Notes: a model not told the origin generated them from the letters alone. 51,045 bases of DNA from an uncultured Lachnospiraceae bacterium (GCA_964570105.1 CAZMWM010000003.1:1-51045); one strand, 5' to 3'. Shown: positions 19,675 to 29,933, counted from the stretch's first letter. Translations and numbers: made by a program.

Positions 19675-20658
19675 TCAATCCCGAGTTGGCTCACTTTTCA
19701 CTTCCGACTCGTATCCCGCATCTTCTCTGTATTCCTCCGCCACATCAGGCATGGCGTCGTCATCGGTTTCTGTATTCTGTGACGGCTCAACGTCGATAGG
19801 CACATCAACTTCATCACACGACTCACAAGCACCGACATTTTCTATCTTATCAGCGTCCGGCCCCACCGAAGCTTTAGGCTCCGTTGCGTCCGACGCATCA
19901 AGCGCGTTATCCTTGACCGCATTCGCAACGCCGTCCATCATCGCGTCAGCCACGGTATCAGCCGCAACACCACCTGTCATCTCCGCATCGGTCTTTACCG
20001 CACCGACCTTAGGCGTATCAACAGAGGCGCCGGAGACCGCCGCACCATCCGCGCCGACACGGTACGAATCTCTCTTGTCGGATCTGTTGCGATAAGTGAT
20101 AAAAGCCATAGTCGCTCCGAGCAATACGGAAATGATACCGATACTGTACCGTATGTATACCTCTATCTCGGACGGATCCGCACAGATAAGAGCAACACCG
20201 ATAGACAGAAAAGCTATACAAGCCAACATCTTTCCAAATCCGAAATGCTCCACCTTACCCAGCTCTACTCCGTTTTCTCCGGAGCTTTCGGCTTTGGCTC
20301 TACCGACGTTTTCCTGTAAGTAATACCCGTGGATGACCTCCACAAAAGCCCTGAGCCACATGATAGCTCCGACACTTCCGCTCACGCCGCTGACGGGAAA
20401 TATCTTATAGTCCTCAACGATTAGACCGACGATAAGCACAGCGACCAAGATAAGCTCCGCTATCGCAAATATACGCAATTTCCCATCGTAATGGATAACA
20501 TTATCCGCCAATACCAACACCGTGTACACGACAAGCCCGGATGCGACCAAAACATCCATCGCATCCTCGCCGAGCGGAGTAAACATTATCACTCCGAAGC
20601 AGAGCAACAGAACGGCGATCACCAACGTGAATATCCAATTTTTCATCAGTTTTTGCAT
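19675..20658 (-). CDS. Hypothetical membrane protein (about 6 TM) with acidic low-complexity C-terminal tail
   Basis: Hydrophobic N-terminal 190 aa, D/E/A-rich tail; GGAGGT SD. Confidence 0.75.
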   Translation of the reverse strand: MQKLMKNWIFTLVIAVLLLCFGVIMFTPLGEDAMDVLVASGLVVYTVLVLADNVIHYDGKLRIFAIAELILVAVLIVGLIVEDYKIFPVSGVSGSVGAIMWLRAFVEVIHGYYLQENVGRAKAESSGENGVELGKVEHFGFGKMLACIAFLSIGVALICADPSEIEVYIRYSIGIISVLLGATMAFITYRNRSDKRDSYRVGADGAAVSGASVDTPKVGAVKTDAEMTGGVAADTVADAMMDGVANAVKDNALDASDATEPKASVGPDADKIENVGACESCDEVDVPIDVEPSQNTETDDDAMPDVAEEYREDAGYESEVKSEPTRD

Positions 20659-20872
20659 AAGATAGGCACCTCCGTGTCTTAATACAGTAACGCAAATGCG
20701 CTCTTAAGATAAATTTTATAACTCAAATATTAACAAATCAAGTCGTATAATGTTATTAAAGAACGATTTTTATCGCAAAAACATTTCCATCCCCGATCCG
20801 CAAATAATGCGCAAACGAAAGGAGACAATAAGTACAAATAACGACCGATAAAAAGAGAGAACGGACAAGATC

Positions 20873-22963
20873 ATGAAGCTCAAAGCACATCCATTCGCAA
20901 GACGCGCTCTTGCGTGCCTGTTTTTCACAACAGCATTTTTATTTCTTGAAGCGGTAACAAGGCTCGCCACGGGACTCCCACTGAGATCGGATATAGCCCC
21001 GGTCCTGTTCACCTCAGTTCTCGGCATCACCGCCGGCGAGCTGTCCACCCTGTTTCGAAAAGGCGGCGCGAACGCCGCGATAGGAAGCGCACTTCTGTCG
21101 CTTGCGGCGCTCATCATATCCGCCGAAACGGTACTCGGCAGAGCATTCGGATACTTTTATCCGCCGGAGATATTTTTCGGCATGGCAGGGGCGGTAACGG
21201 GCAGTTACTTCGATTCCACAGTCTCGGCGATCATCTCCGCCGCGCCTTATATCCTGCTCTGCTTTCTTCCTCTTGCACTGTATCTCGCGATACATTTCGC
21301 ATCCGGGACGCTTACAGCATTTCCCGGGACAAGTCCGCAAAAACGCGCCATTCCCCTGCTCTGCGCGATGCTCGCCGTCGCGGCATTGCAGCGTGTGGCT
21401 GTCGGCACATTACAAAACGGCACGGAAGCAGAATACCTATACGGTCGCGAAGGGTACGACTTTAACGAGACAGCGAAGGAGTTTGGCATCTTCACCTCTC
21501 TGCGGCTGAGCCTGTGCTATTCCGCAAAAGCCCGAAGCAACGCCGAGCTTGCTCCCACAGACGCGGAGAACGTCGCATCCGACGTAACGGCGAAGGGATA
21601 TAACGTAACGGACGAGCTGTCCGGAGAGCTTCCGAGCGGAGCGAACGATTCACTCATCGAGCTTATCAATTATCTCTCGGCAAGGTCACCGTCCGAAAAG
21701 AACCGTATGACCGGAATACTCGCGGACAAAAATCTGATCTTCGTCTGCGCCGAAGCATTGTCCCCGTACGCGATATCCGAGGAGCTTACCCCCACACTGT
21801 ATCATATGATGACCGACGGACTTTATTTCAGCGAATACTACGCCCCGACGTTTGGCGAATCCACCTCCGGCGGCGAATACGCATTGCTTCTTTCACAGGT
21901 CCCGAAACGCGACGCAGGAGAGCGCGGTATGTCGATGTACCTTTCAAGAAATAACCGTCTCGATCACTCGCTTCCGGGAATCTTTGCCGCCAACGGATAT
22001 CTCGCGAACGGATATCACGATAACAGCTACACGTACTATGATCGCAACCTTACCCACCCCGCCATGGGAATGAATTGGTACGGCTGCGGAGGGTGCGTGA
22101 CCGTCAAAGCAGACGCTCCCGAGCTAAAACTCGACGAGAGTCTGTCGCGCAGTTGGCCGCGCTCGGATGATGAACTGATAAGAGCGACCTTTCGAAGCTA
22201 CACAGACCAAGCCAAAGCTTGCGGACAGCACTTTTTCACCTATTATCTCACCGTGAGCGGACACAGCAATTACAGCTTTTCCGGGAACGCCATGTCGGCA
22301 AAGAACAAAAACTACACAGAAGGTCTCAAGTATCCGCAGACCGTAAAGGCGTATCTTGCCGCACAAAAAGAGCTTGACCTTGCACTCGAAACACTCATAA
22401 ACAGCTTGGAAGCAGAGGGCATACTCGACGACACCGTTATCGTGGTAGCCAACGACCATCACCCTTACGGACTGAGTGCCGGCTGGGCTACCAACGACGG
22501 CAAGGACTATCTTTCCGCACTCGCAGGCAAGAAGCTATCCTCGACGCCCGAAACGGAAAGAGGTGTGTTTATGATCTACAACAGCGCACTTTCAAACGAG
22601 ACCGCCGTTACCAAGCCTGTCTGTTCGTTTGACGTTCTGCCGACGCTTCTGAATATGTTCGGCTTTGAGTTCGACAGCAGACTGTTCTGCGGCAGGGATG
22701 TATTCTCAAAAAGCGACGGGCTTGTGTTCTTTTCCGATGGCAGCTTCGTTACGGGAAAAGGTGTATATGACTCAAGGACAAAAAGCTATACTCCGTGCTT
22801 CGGCGAGGAGCGGAACGAGCAGTACGTGAAGAATGTAAAAAAAGAGATACGTGAGATCATCTCACATTCAAAGCTCGTGCGAAAAACGGATCTTTTCGCG
22901 CACCTTCCAAAAAACACAAGGAAGAACAACGAGAACATCTTGCACAAAAATAAAGACGAATAA
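20873..22963 (+). CDS. LTA synthase / sulfatase-superfamily membrane protein
   Basis: N-terminal TMs; NLIFVCAE, STSGGE (putative catalytic Thr), TVSGH, DHHPY. Confidence 0.85.
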   Translation: MKLKAHPFARRALACLFFTTAFLFLEAVTRLATGLPLRSDIAPVLFTSVLGITAGELSTLFRKGGANAAIGSALLSLAALIISAETVLGRAFGYFYPPEIFFGMAGAVTGSYFDSTVSAIISAAPYILLCFLPLALYLAIHFASGTLTAFPGTSPQKRAIPLLCAMLAVAALQRVAVGTLQNGTEAEYLYGREGYDFNETAKEFGIFTSLRLSLCYSAKARSNAELAPTDAENVASDVTAKGYNVTDELSGELPSGANDSLIELINYLSARSPSEKNRMTGILADKNLIFVCAEALSPYAISEELTPTLYHMMTDGLYFSEYYAPTFGESTSGGEYALLLSQVPKRDAGERGMSMYLSRNNRLDHSLPGIFAANGYLANGYHDNSYTYYDRNLTHPAMGMNWYGCGGCVTVKADAPELKLDESLSRSWPRSDDELIRATFRSYTDQAKACGQHFFTYYLTVSGHSNYSFSGNAMSAKNKNYTEGLKYPQTVKAYLAAQKELDLALETLINSLEAEGILDDTVIVVANDHHPYGLSAGWATNDGKDYLSALAGKKLSSTPETERGVFMIYNSALSNETAVTKPVCSFDVLPTLLNMFGFEFDSRLFCGRDVFSKSDGLVFFSDGSFVTGKGVYDSRTKSYTPCFGEERNEQYVKNVKKEIREIISHSKLVRKTDLFAHLPKNTRKNNENILHKNKDE

Positions 22964-22996
22964 TGCGATACACCAACATTTTTCGTCTTTTATTTT
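22947..22996. terminator. Possible bidirectional terminator between convergent genes
   Basis: AAAATAAAGACGAA...TTCGTCTTTTATTTT imperfect inverted repeat with long loop. Confidence 0.5.
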
Positions 22997-23009
22997 GCTG
23001 ATATAGCAA

Positions 23010-24242
23010 TTATTTGCTCACATCTTTTATTACAGAAACAAGCGCCGCACACCCATTTTTCTTGTTTAAAAAGCTCGAAATATACTCTCTCCCGTTCGCC
23101 CCAAGCCTTGCACAAAGCGCCCTGTCGTTATAAAGCTCAAGTATCGCGTCACGTAAGGCGAACGGATCGTCCGGGCGTACACAAGCTCCGCACTCGGCTC
23201 GCCTCAGCGTATCCGCTACCTCGCTGTCAAGGTCAAACGAAGCAATGACCGCGCGTCCTGCGCCCATAACAGACCATGTTTTCGACGGAACCGAGCTTGT
23301 CGAAACACCGCCCTTTGATATCAGCAGTCCGACATCGCCAAGGCTGAACACGTATCCTATCTCCTCGTTTGGCATAAACGGAAGCAAGCTGATGTTATCG
23401 AGCTGTTTTTCCGTTATGAGCCTGCGGAGCCGCTCGGCGCACACTCCCTCCCCAAATATCGCGAGCCGTATATCCGTATATCCGCGCAAAAGCTCTGCCG
23501 TCTCCGCGAGCAGCTCGATATTTTGAGTTTTTCCGAGATTTCCGCAATATGTAATGTAAAAACCGTTCCTATCAAATCCAAACCTATCAAACAGTGGGTT
23601 TTCGCAACGCTCGATCGGTCGCACCGCATCCTCGTCCACCCAATTAGGTATCACGGATATCTTATCCTCCGGCACGCCCTTCTCCATTATATTGCGCTTA
23701 AAGCGTTCCGATATCACGATTATCCTGTCGGCGTCCCTATACGTCACATCCTCTATATGCCGCCCGAGTTTCCAGATGAGAGAGCCGCGCCACGTCAGCC
23801 CCGCATTTACCAAGGAGTCCGGGAATATATCTTGAAGATGATATACGATCTTACATCCAAGCCTTTTTTTCAGTCTCGACATCATAAGACCGCGTATCGG
23901 AGGCGTTGATGAAAGAAAAAGCACATCCACATCCTTTTCTTTTTTTGCCAACCGATATTGCTTGCCTTGACAGACGCAGTACCTCAGTGCGCGAAAAACA
24001 GGATTTCTTCCCTCGCGCCACAAAGAAAATCTGTGCACCTCCGAGGCTCCCGAAAGCTCTACACTGTTTGGCGAGCGCTTATATTTTTCCCTTTCCTCCG
24101 CGTCAACACCTCTGGACGGCATAGGACAGTACGTCACCATCTTCCATCCTTGCTCGGCATATGCGGCTCGCGCATTTTCCCCCAAATACAGGCTCGCCGC
24201 CTTTTCGGGATAATGATACGCAGGCAAAAACAACAGCTTCAT
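23010..24242 (-). CDS. Glycosyltransferase family 4
   Basis: QDIFPD, IPNWVD, YCGNLGKTQN, VPSK motifs of GT-B GT4 enzymes. Confidence 0.9.
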   Translation of the reverse strand: MKLLFLPAYHYPEKAASLYLGENARAAYAEQGWKMVTYCPMPSRGVDAEEREKYKRSPNSVELSGASEVHRFSLWREGRNPVFRALRYCVCQGKQYRLAKKEKDVDVLFLSSTPPIRGLMMSRLKKRLGCKIVYHLQDIFPDSLVNAGLTWRGSLIWKLGRHIEDVTYRDADRIIVISERFKRNIMEKGVPEDKISVIPNWVDEDAVRPIERCENPLFDRFGFDRNGFYITYCGNLGKTQNIELLAETAELLRGYTDIRLAIFGEGVCAERLRRLITEKQLDNISLLPFMPNEEIGYVFSLGDVGLLISKGGVSTSSVPSKTWSVMGAGRAVIASFDLDSEVADTLRRAECGACVRPDDPFALRDAILELYNDRALCARLGANGREYISSFLNKKNGCAALVSVIKDVSK

Positions 24243-24304
24243 CTAAGCAAAGCTCCTTTCAGGCGATCTGAGCACATACGCGGTGGCTTTATGCGCATAA
24301 GGCT

Positions 24305-24652
24305 TCATCTGAAAAAACACAACGCGGCGATGACTGCACCAAATACGACCGTCACCGAGTCAAACACTAAAGCTATCAAGGATACCACGCGTCTTTTTCC
24401 GCTCATTTGGCGAAAACAGAGCGTCGAAAACGTGATCCCGGGGATAGATGCGATAACCGAAGCTCCTATGCTCACAGCAGAGAGAAGCACCATAAACACC
24501 GACGCGAGACCTTCTCCGAGATCATTATTCGGCGACGCTTGCAGCCTTAAAAACTCTATACCGAAAATACCCGTAAAACAAGCGCCGATCACAGAGATGA
24601 CCGAAAACACCAACGAAATAACAAAAAACGTCTTGTATTTTTTGGAGACCAT
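24305..24652 (-). CDS. Small hypothetical membrane protein (about 3 TM)
   Basis: Hydrophobic ORF with GAAGGAGG SD inside the operon. Confidence 0.7.
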   Translation of the reverse strand: MVSKKYKTFFVISLVFSVISVIGACFTGIFGIEFLRLQASPNNDLGEGLASVFMVLLSAVSIGASVIASIPGITFSTLCFRQMSGKRRVVSLIALVFDSVTVVFGAVIAALCFFR

Positions 24653-24680
24653 ACAATTTCCCTCCTTCATCGCAGGTAAT

Positions 24681-25319
24681 TCACTGCGCTATGCGCTTTA
24701 TCGGATGTCTGATGACCGTTTTACGCCTTTCCGGCGGAACCTTTCTGGCATCCGAGAGATATATCTCGTGATGATACCTCCCGACCGTTATATCGGTCTC
24801 ATACCCTTGCTCTTTTGCATACTTATCCATCAGAGCCACCGTCGCCCCCTCACTGTCATACGAGCCTATATGCATACATTGCACGCATTCGCCCGCGTCG
24901 TAACTCAGAAACTCCACATTCCCGTTTCCAAGCTTGTTTTTCGCACGCGCAGAGGATACCGCCCAATCAACATCCTCGCCCGCTACAAACTCCGGTGTTC
25001 TGATAAGGGATATCCAGCGAAGCTCTCCCTTACGCGAAAGATCTATACCGCTCACACCGTCCTGCCACCAAAATCCCTCGAGCGGCGGAACGACATAATC
25101 AAAATACCCGTCTATCCTGTGATCTCCGAGCTTGCTCATCTTCAAGGTAAATGCCACCGTATACAGTGCTCCGATAGCCGCCTTATATTCTCCGCCCTCC
25201 TCGTTCGGATCTCCCGTTCCGCGGACGGCGATATAATTCATTCGCGGTACCGTTACGATACCGGGAACGTTTTTCGGAAGATAAAACTCCTTATATTCCT
25301 TTTTGTAATCAAAAGCCAT
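24681..25319 (-). CDS. GyrI-like small-molecule-binding protein
   Basis: DYKKEYKEFYLP, GDPN, YVVPPLEGFWW, HHEIYLSD; start at ATG 25319. Confidence 0.88.
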   Translation of the reverse strand: MAFDYKKEYKEFYLPKNVPGIVTVPRMNYIAVRGTGDPNEEGGEYKAAIGALYTVAFTLKMSKLGDHRIDGYFDYVVPPLEGFWWQDGVSGIDLSRKGELRWISLIRTPEFVAGEDVDWAVSSARAKNKLGNGNVEFLSYDAGECVQCMHIGSYDSEGATVALMDKYAKEQGYETDITVGRYHHEIYLSDARKVPPERRKTVIRHPIKRIAQ

Positions 25320-25378
25320 ATGCATCACCAAAGCTCTCGCAGAGGCAAAAGCTCCCTTTCTCGCACGTTTGAACGGCA

Positions 25379-26488
25379 TCAAGTAAACGCACCGCTCTTA
25401 TAGTAAGCCACCGTAAGCTCGACCACCAAGCCGTAGCTTTTAGTTCCGGCATCTTGCCCTTGACTGTTCAGATAAGTGTCGTTGACAGCGCCGGCGACCT
25501 CCGAGACCGAGCTTTCACGATATTTTTCGAAAAACTCGGCGTACGCTCTATGCTCCGATTCGAGCTTTGCGCATTTCAACTGCGCGACCTCGGAATAAAG
25601 CTTCGCATCAGCAGAATACAGCGCGTTTGCCATGTATTCGTACATATTCAAATACGCACTGTACCGTATATAAGCATCATCAGACTCGAGACATACGAGA
25701 AACGCCACGAAATTCGCCTCATCCTCGCGTGCTATTCCTCTTTGATGCGCCATCTCATGCGCCATCGTGTACGGGAGCGTATAGTCGGGGAATTTGTAAT
25801 TGATGTTGGCTTCACCGGTATAATAAGTGTACACGCCCGTGATATGTGTATATGACATCAGCTCACTGAATGCCACACGCTTGACATTACTGCGCATCTT
25901 CTGAATAAAATGGTATTTCTCGGCAGCCACGATATAAGCATCATTCAGCTTTTCGTTCAGTTCACGTAACGAATACCCCATCCGTGAGCACCCGTCCTTC
26001 GAAAAAACTATCTCATCCGAAAGAATATTGCTCTCTTCAAGCAGATATTGCGCGGTATTTCTCAGCTCTTCCGTGCTCAAGCTACCCTTTTCAAGCCCCA
26101 TTTTTTCATCTATCGAGCTTCCTCTGTAAGCCGTGGAAAAAGTAAGCACGAAAAGCAAATAAAAAAGCGTACACACAGAAAGCAGACCGCAAAGATATCT
26201 TATCGCCCTTTTGCGCTCACCTCTCACAAGCACGAAAGCCTTTATTATCAGCAATACCGCAAGTATCGGCATACATATAACGACCGTCTCACCGAGCGAG
26301 AACGGCAACCATCCGGTGATCTTAGAAAGCAACAGTCGGAAAAAAGCCGCTATTCCACCGTTAAACCGATCGGAAAACGCTTCGCTCGCAAGCGAAACGA
26401 GATTTATCACAAGGCACACAGCCGCAAGCAAAAAGAGACAACAGCACCACACGGGACAGTATTCTTTTATTTTTTTTAGCTTATCCAC
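25379..26488 (-). CDS. DUF3810-like membrane protein with HExxH motif
   Basis: PFSLGE, TGEANIN, AHEMAHQRGIAREDEANF. Confidence 0.8.
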   Translation of the reverse strand: MDKLKKIKEYCPVWCCCLFLLAAVCLVINLVSLASEAFSDRFNGGIAAFFRLLLSKITGWLPFSLGETVVICMPILAVLLIIKAFVLVRGERKRAIRYLCGLLSVCTLFYLLFVLTFSTAYRGSSIDEKMGLEKGSLSTEELRNTAQYLLEESNILSDEIVFSKDGCSRMGYSLRELNEKLNDAYIVAAEKYHFIQKMRSNVKRVAFSELMSYTHITGVYTYYTGEANINYKFPDYTLPYTMAHEMAHQRGIAREDEANFVAFLVCLESDDAYIRYSAYLNMYEYMANALYSADAKLYSEVAQLKCAKLESEHRAYAEFFEKYRESSVSEVAGAVNDTYLNSQGQDAGTKSYGLVVELTVAYYKSGAFT

Positions 26489-27473
26489 CGGAGCATTCCT
26501 CCTTTCGCAAATCGGTTTCGCTTCCGCAAAACGCCACGTACCGCAAAAGCGCCTCCGTTTCGAGTGACGCCGACATTCCGAGAGACCGAGCCGCTTGCAG
26601 GATATCCCCCGCGACCGGAGCGACGGTCGTGAGCCTTTCTCCTGTCATCGGATGCGGAAAGGACATACAAAATGCGTGCAATGCCTGACGTCCTATCAGC
26701 TCGCTCCTCTTACCGTACAAGGTATCACCGAGTATCGGATGACCGATGGAAGCAAAATGCACCCGCAATTGATGTGTCCTGCCGGTCAACGGTGACGCGA
26801 CCACCACGGAATGCACCCCGTCTGTAAACACGGCTCTGTACTCCGTATGCGCAAACATCGCTCCATCCTCGTCACCGTGGCATACCGTTCTCGTAATAAT
26901 GCTGTCGCCGCACCGCTTCATATACCCTTTGATGCTCCCCGAGCCTTCAAGTATACCGCGAACTATTGCAACGTACGTCTTTTTTATCGCTCCGTTCTGA
27001 AGCGCGGCGGAGAGTCTTTGCGCGGAGAGCTTGTCTTTTGAGACCACGACCGCTCCGCTCGTCTCTCTGTCCAGCCGATTTACAGCTCTGAACACGAACG
27101 GTCTGCCAAGCTCTCTGTATCTCGCGCACAAAGCATTCGCGAGACTGTCCGTATAATGTCCGTGCGTGGTATGCGTCGGCATCCCGGCAGGTTTATCAGC
27201 GACTATCAGCTGATCGTCCTCATACAACAGACCGAAATCGAGCTTTACAGGCTCGAGATACGGATTTTCGTCCACAGATGCGTCCTCAAGCCGCAATTCA
27301 AGCACATCGCCTTCGGAAAGCACGGCGCGAACAGTGACCGAAGAGCCGTTCAGCACGATCCCCCGCTCCGTATTCTTCAACTTTATAAGGAGCCTGTGCG
27401 ATACTCCCATCACACCGCGCAGATAATCGCGCAACAACATTCCATCATATGTTTCGGTGATGACCGTTTTCAC
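26481..27473 (-). CDS. RluA/RluD-family pseudouridine synthase
   Basis: DKPAG, NRLDRETSG, TGRTHQLRVH, GDTLYG. Confidence 0.92.
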   Translation of the reverse strand: MKTVITETYDGMLLRDYLRGVMGVSHRLLIKLKNTERGIVLNGSSVTVRAVLSEGDVLELRLEDASVDENPYLEPVKLDFGLLYEDDQLIVADKPAGMPTHTTHGHYTDSLANALCARYRELGRPFVFRAVNRLDRETSGAVVVSKDKLSAQRLSAALQNGAIKKTYVAIVRGILEGSGSIKGYMKRCGDSIITRTVCHGDEDGAMFAHTEYRAVFTDGVHSVVVASPLTGRTHQLRVHFASIGHPILGDTLYGKRSELIGRQALHAFCMSFPHPMTGERLTTVAPVAGDILQAARSLGMSASLETEALLRYVAFCGSETDLRKEECSGG

Positions 27474-27659
27474 GAACAGACCTCCAAGCTTTAAACGAAT
27501 ATGACATCAAGACACTTCTCAGATATAGTTTACCCCATCATAGCGCGCTACCCGACAGTTCCGCAAAACAAAGTTTTTACACGCCTACAATCAGTCATTT
27601 ATTGTTATCAAACAACATAATCCATCATATTTTAACAAACATTCAACAAACAAAGACCA

Positions 27660-28445
27660 TTACCGACCGCCACGGTGGTGTCCACCGCCACCGCCACCGC
27701 CACCGCTTCGTCCTCCGCGGTATCCGCCACCACGCCCTCCGCTGGAAGAGCGGATCACTCGCTTGGTGACGAACGATCCCATAAATCTGTCATCCGAACG
27801 CAACAGATCAAGCTTGGCGTATCTGTCGAGCGGATAAACGGATGCTCTCAGCTTCTTTTTATACGAGCATATGACACATACCGATACCGTGATCGAAACA
27901 ACAAGACCGCACACAACGGCGATAATGATGACCGTCGCCCAATCCGTAACGTAATACTTGTGAGCAAGATAGATAAATTCCAGCGCGCCATTGTAATAAT
28001 CTCCGCTTTTTATACCGGAATATACATTCGGCGCGTCAAGAATACTGTCGCTCTCGGTATACGTTATCCGTCTTTCTGCTTTACCGTAAACGTACATATC
28101 GTAGTTTCTGTTTATATTATCTCTGATCGCAAGTATGATCATATTCCCGCTGAGAGAATACTCATCGACGATACCGTATACTTGATCGTCCGTGAAATAA
28201 TTTCCGGAATACCCATAAGCATCCCGCGGAAGTGTCAGAATATAAACCCGACAATCACTTTTACCGAAATATTTTTCGATCTCGGCATTCAGCCCCTGCT
28301 TTTCATACTCATTGAACACATCCGCCCTATCCAAAACGTACCCGTCGGGAAGAGTTGCTCCGGATGAAGCGTAGATCGAGAGCGAGAGCAGGATAACGAC
28401 AGTAAATGCGCAAAAAAGCGGCACAAGCTTCGAAAATCTCTTCAC
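27660..28445 (-). CDS. TPM-domain membrane protein with Gly/Arg-rich tail
   Basis: Signal peptide, VLDRADVF, SGDYYNG, TM, terminal GGRSGGGGGGGGHHRGGR. Confidence 0.8.
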   Translation of the reverse strand: MKRFSKLVPLFCAFTVVILLSLSIYASSGATLPDGYVLDRADVFNEYEKQGLNAEIEKYFGKSDCRVYILTLPRDAYGYSGNYFTDDQVYGIVDEYSLSGNMIILAIRDNINRNYDMYVYGKAERRITYTESDSILDAPNVYSGIKSGDYYNGALEFIYLAHKYYVTDWATVIIIAVVCGLVVSITVSVCVICSYKKKLRASVYPLDRYAKLDLLRSDDRFMGSFVTKRVIRSSSGGRGGGYRGGRSGGGGGGGGHHRGGR

Positions 28446-29503
28446 AGCAGTACACCTCCCACGACTGCTACGACAGCTGCGACCGCGGCAAAGACGGAGC
28501 CGAAAAGTGCGGCTACCCGACCGTAGCTTATAGGTATCTGTCCGTATAGCTTACCCGTATATCCGTTCATGGCAAAGGTATATCTTTTAGGCTTTTTCGT
28601 CTGTTTTTTAGGGGTATACGTAAGCATCCAGATCGGCATAAGAGAATACTCCCACGAGCTGTTTTTTATGTCAACTCGCCGATCTCGAACACGGACGGTC
28701 GCATACCCACCGCGAACGGTGGAACGAAGCAACTGTTCCGCATACCCGTTCATCCTGTCAAGCACCTCATCGTAAAGCGAGGCACGCTCGATATCTCGTT
28801 TTTTTGCAACAAATCCCGACAGATACGACATATCAAACGGCTCAAGAGAATCGGACGGATACGGAAGCACCCCCTCAAGCATTGCCTTATCCGCCTGTGA
28901 ATAGGCGGACGTGACTATATCTTCAAAATGTATATTTCCCGAGCGTATTATGTTAAATTTTGAGGTCTCGGTATACTCAACGTCACCGGCGCGCCAAACT
29001 CTCACACGCGTAGCGTCAGCTTCAAGGGTACTGTATGTATCGGCATCTGTTACCCAAAACGGATAATATATCCCGGATATCAACTCGGCGTTTTCTTTGC
29101 TTTTAAAGTCCTTGGGCGCAAAACGCTTCTTTTTGGCAAACTCCAAAAAACGGCGGACAGCTTCATCGCGTCCGTATTTGAACGGTATCACCCTGTCGGG
29201 ACGCATCTGTCCGGATAGCCTGCCCTTGAGCACCACGGGGCTGTGGCAATAGATGCACGTGTCAGCAACGGTGCTCTCATCGGTAACTATGTCAGCTCCG
29301 CAGTTAGGGCAAGAATACTCGTTCATCTGCGAGCAAAACTCGTCGTCAGCGGCGCCTTTATCCTCGGAACGGTGAGCGGCAAGCTCCTCCGGTGTAAATT
29401 CCGAATTGCAAAAATCACAAGCTAACTTTTGCTTATCCGCGTCAAACTTAAGCTCCGCACCGCAATTCGGACAGTTATACGCAACTGCTGTATCGTATGT
29501 CAA
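28442..29503 (-). CDS. Zinc-ribbon protein with C-terminal TM
   Basis: CPNCGA...CDFC and CPNCGA...CIYC pairs, PDRVIPF, YYPFW, NGYTGK; TTG start with AAGGAG SD. Confidence 0.8.
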   Translation of the reverse strand: MTYDTAVAYNCPNCGAELKFDADKQKLACDFCNSEFTPEELAAHRSEDKGAADDEFCSQMNEYSCPNCGADIVTDESTVADTCIYCHSPVVLKGRLSGQMRPDRVIPFKYGRDEAVRRFLEFAKKKRFAPKDFKSKENAELISGIYYPFWVTDADTYSTLEADATRVRVWRAGDVEYTETSKFNIIRSGNIHFEDIVTSAYSQADKAMLEGVLPYPSDSLEPFDMSYLSGFVAKKRDIERASLYDEVLDRMNGYAEQLLRSTVRGGYATVRVRDRRVDIKNSSWEYSLMPIWMLTYTPKKQTKKPKRYTFAMNGYTGKLYGQIPISYGRVAALFGSVFAAVAAVVAVVGGVLL

Positions 29504-29541
29504 GCCGATCTCTCCTTACTGTCAGTTATTGATCCTCTATA

Positions 29542-29570
29542 GTATATCATATCGCGGCTGAAAATGCAAT
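29542..29570 (-). promoter_or_regulatory. Sigma-A-type promoter of the zinc-ribbon/TPM operon
   Basis: TTGCAT-N17-TATACT with TGn extension. Confidence 0.65.
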
Positions 29571-29707
29571 AGCTCTTGAATGACGTTCCGAGATTTTCTT
29601 TGAACATCGCATCAATATATACCTATTATCGCCATCATAGTATTATTGTCACAAACACATCGATATATCCGAAAAGGATCAAGAACTTTATATTTCGGTT
29701 TTCGGAG

Positions 29708-29914
29708 CACGGTTTTTGAACGAGTAAACAATTTGTGAACAAAAGACACTTTAGACTCCACCTTTGTCACGGAACGCGACTGAGAGGGCACGCTTTTTTT
29801 GCCAATAAGCCATCTCCGTCACGGCTATAAGCCGTGCCACTTCTCCCCGAGTGAGAGGCTTTATTGCATAACTTAATATTTATTCACACTTTATTAACTC
29901 ATTCAAAAACCGTG
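29708..29914. mobile_element. MITE-like non-autonomous element, 207 bp
   Basis: 32-bp TIRs (29708-29739 and 29883-29914, 27/32 match, outer 13 bp perfect) flanked by direct repeat GTTTTCGGAG (29698-29707 and 29915-29924); no coding capacity. Confidence 0.75.
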
Positions 29915-29933
29915 GTTTTCGGAGCAATTTATA

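Noticed and set aside
23958-25403. 481-aa plus-strand ORF
   Set aside because: Spans three real minus-strand genes with no protein-like signal
27681-27740. CCGCCA tandem repeats
   Set aside because: Encode the Gly-rich tail typical of TPM proteins
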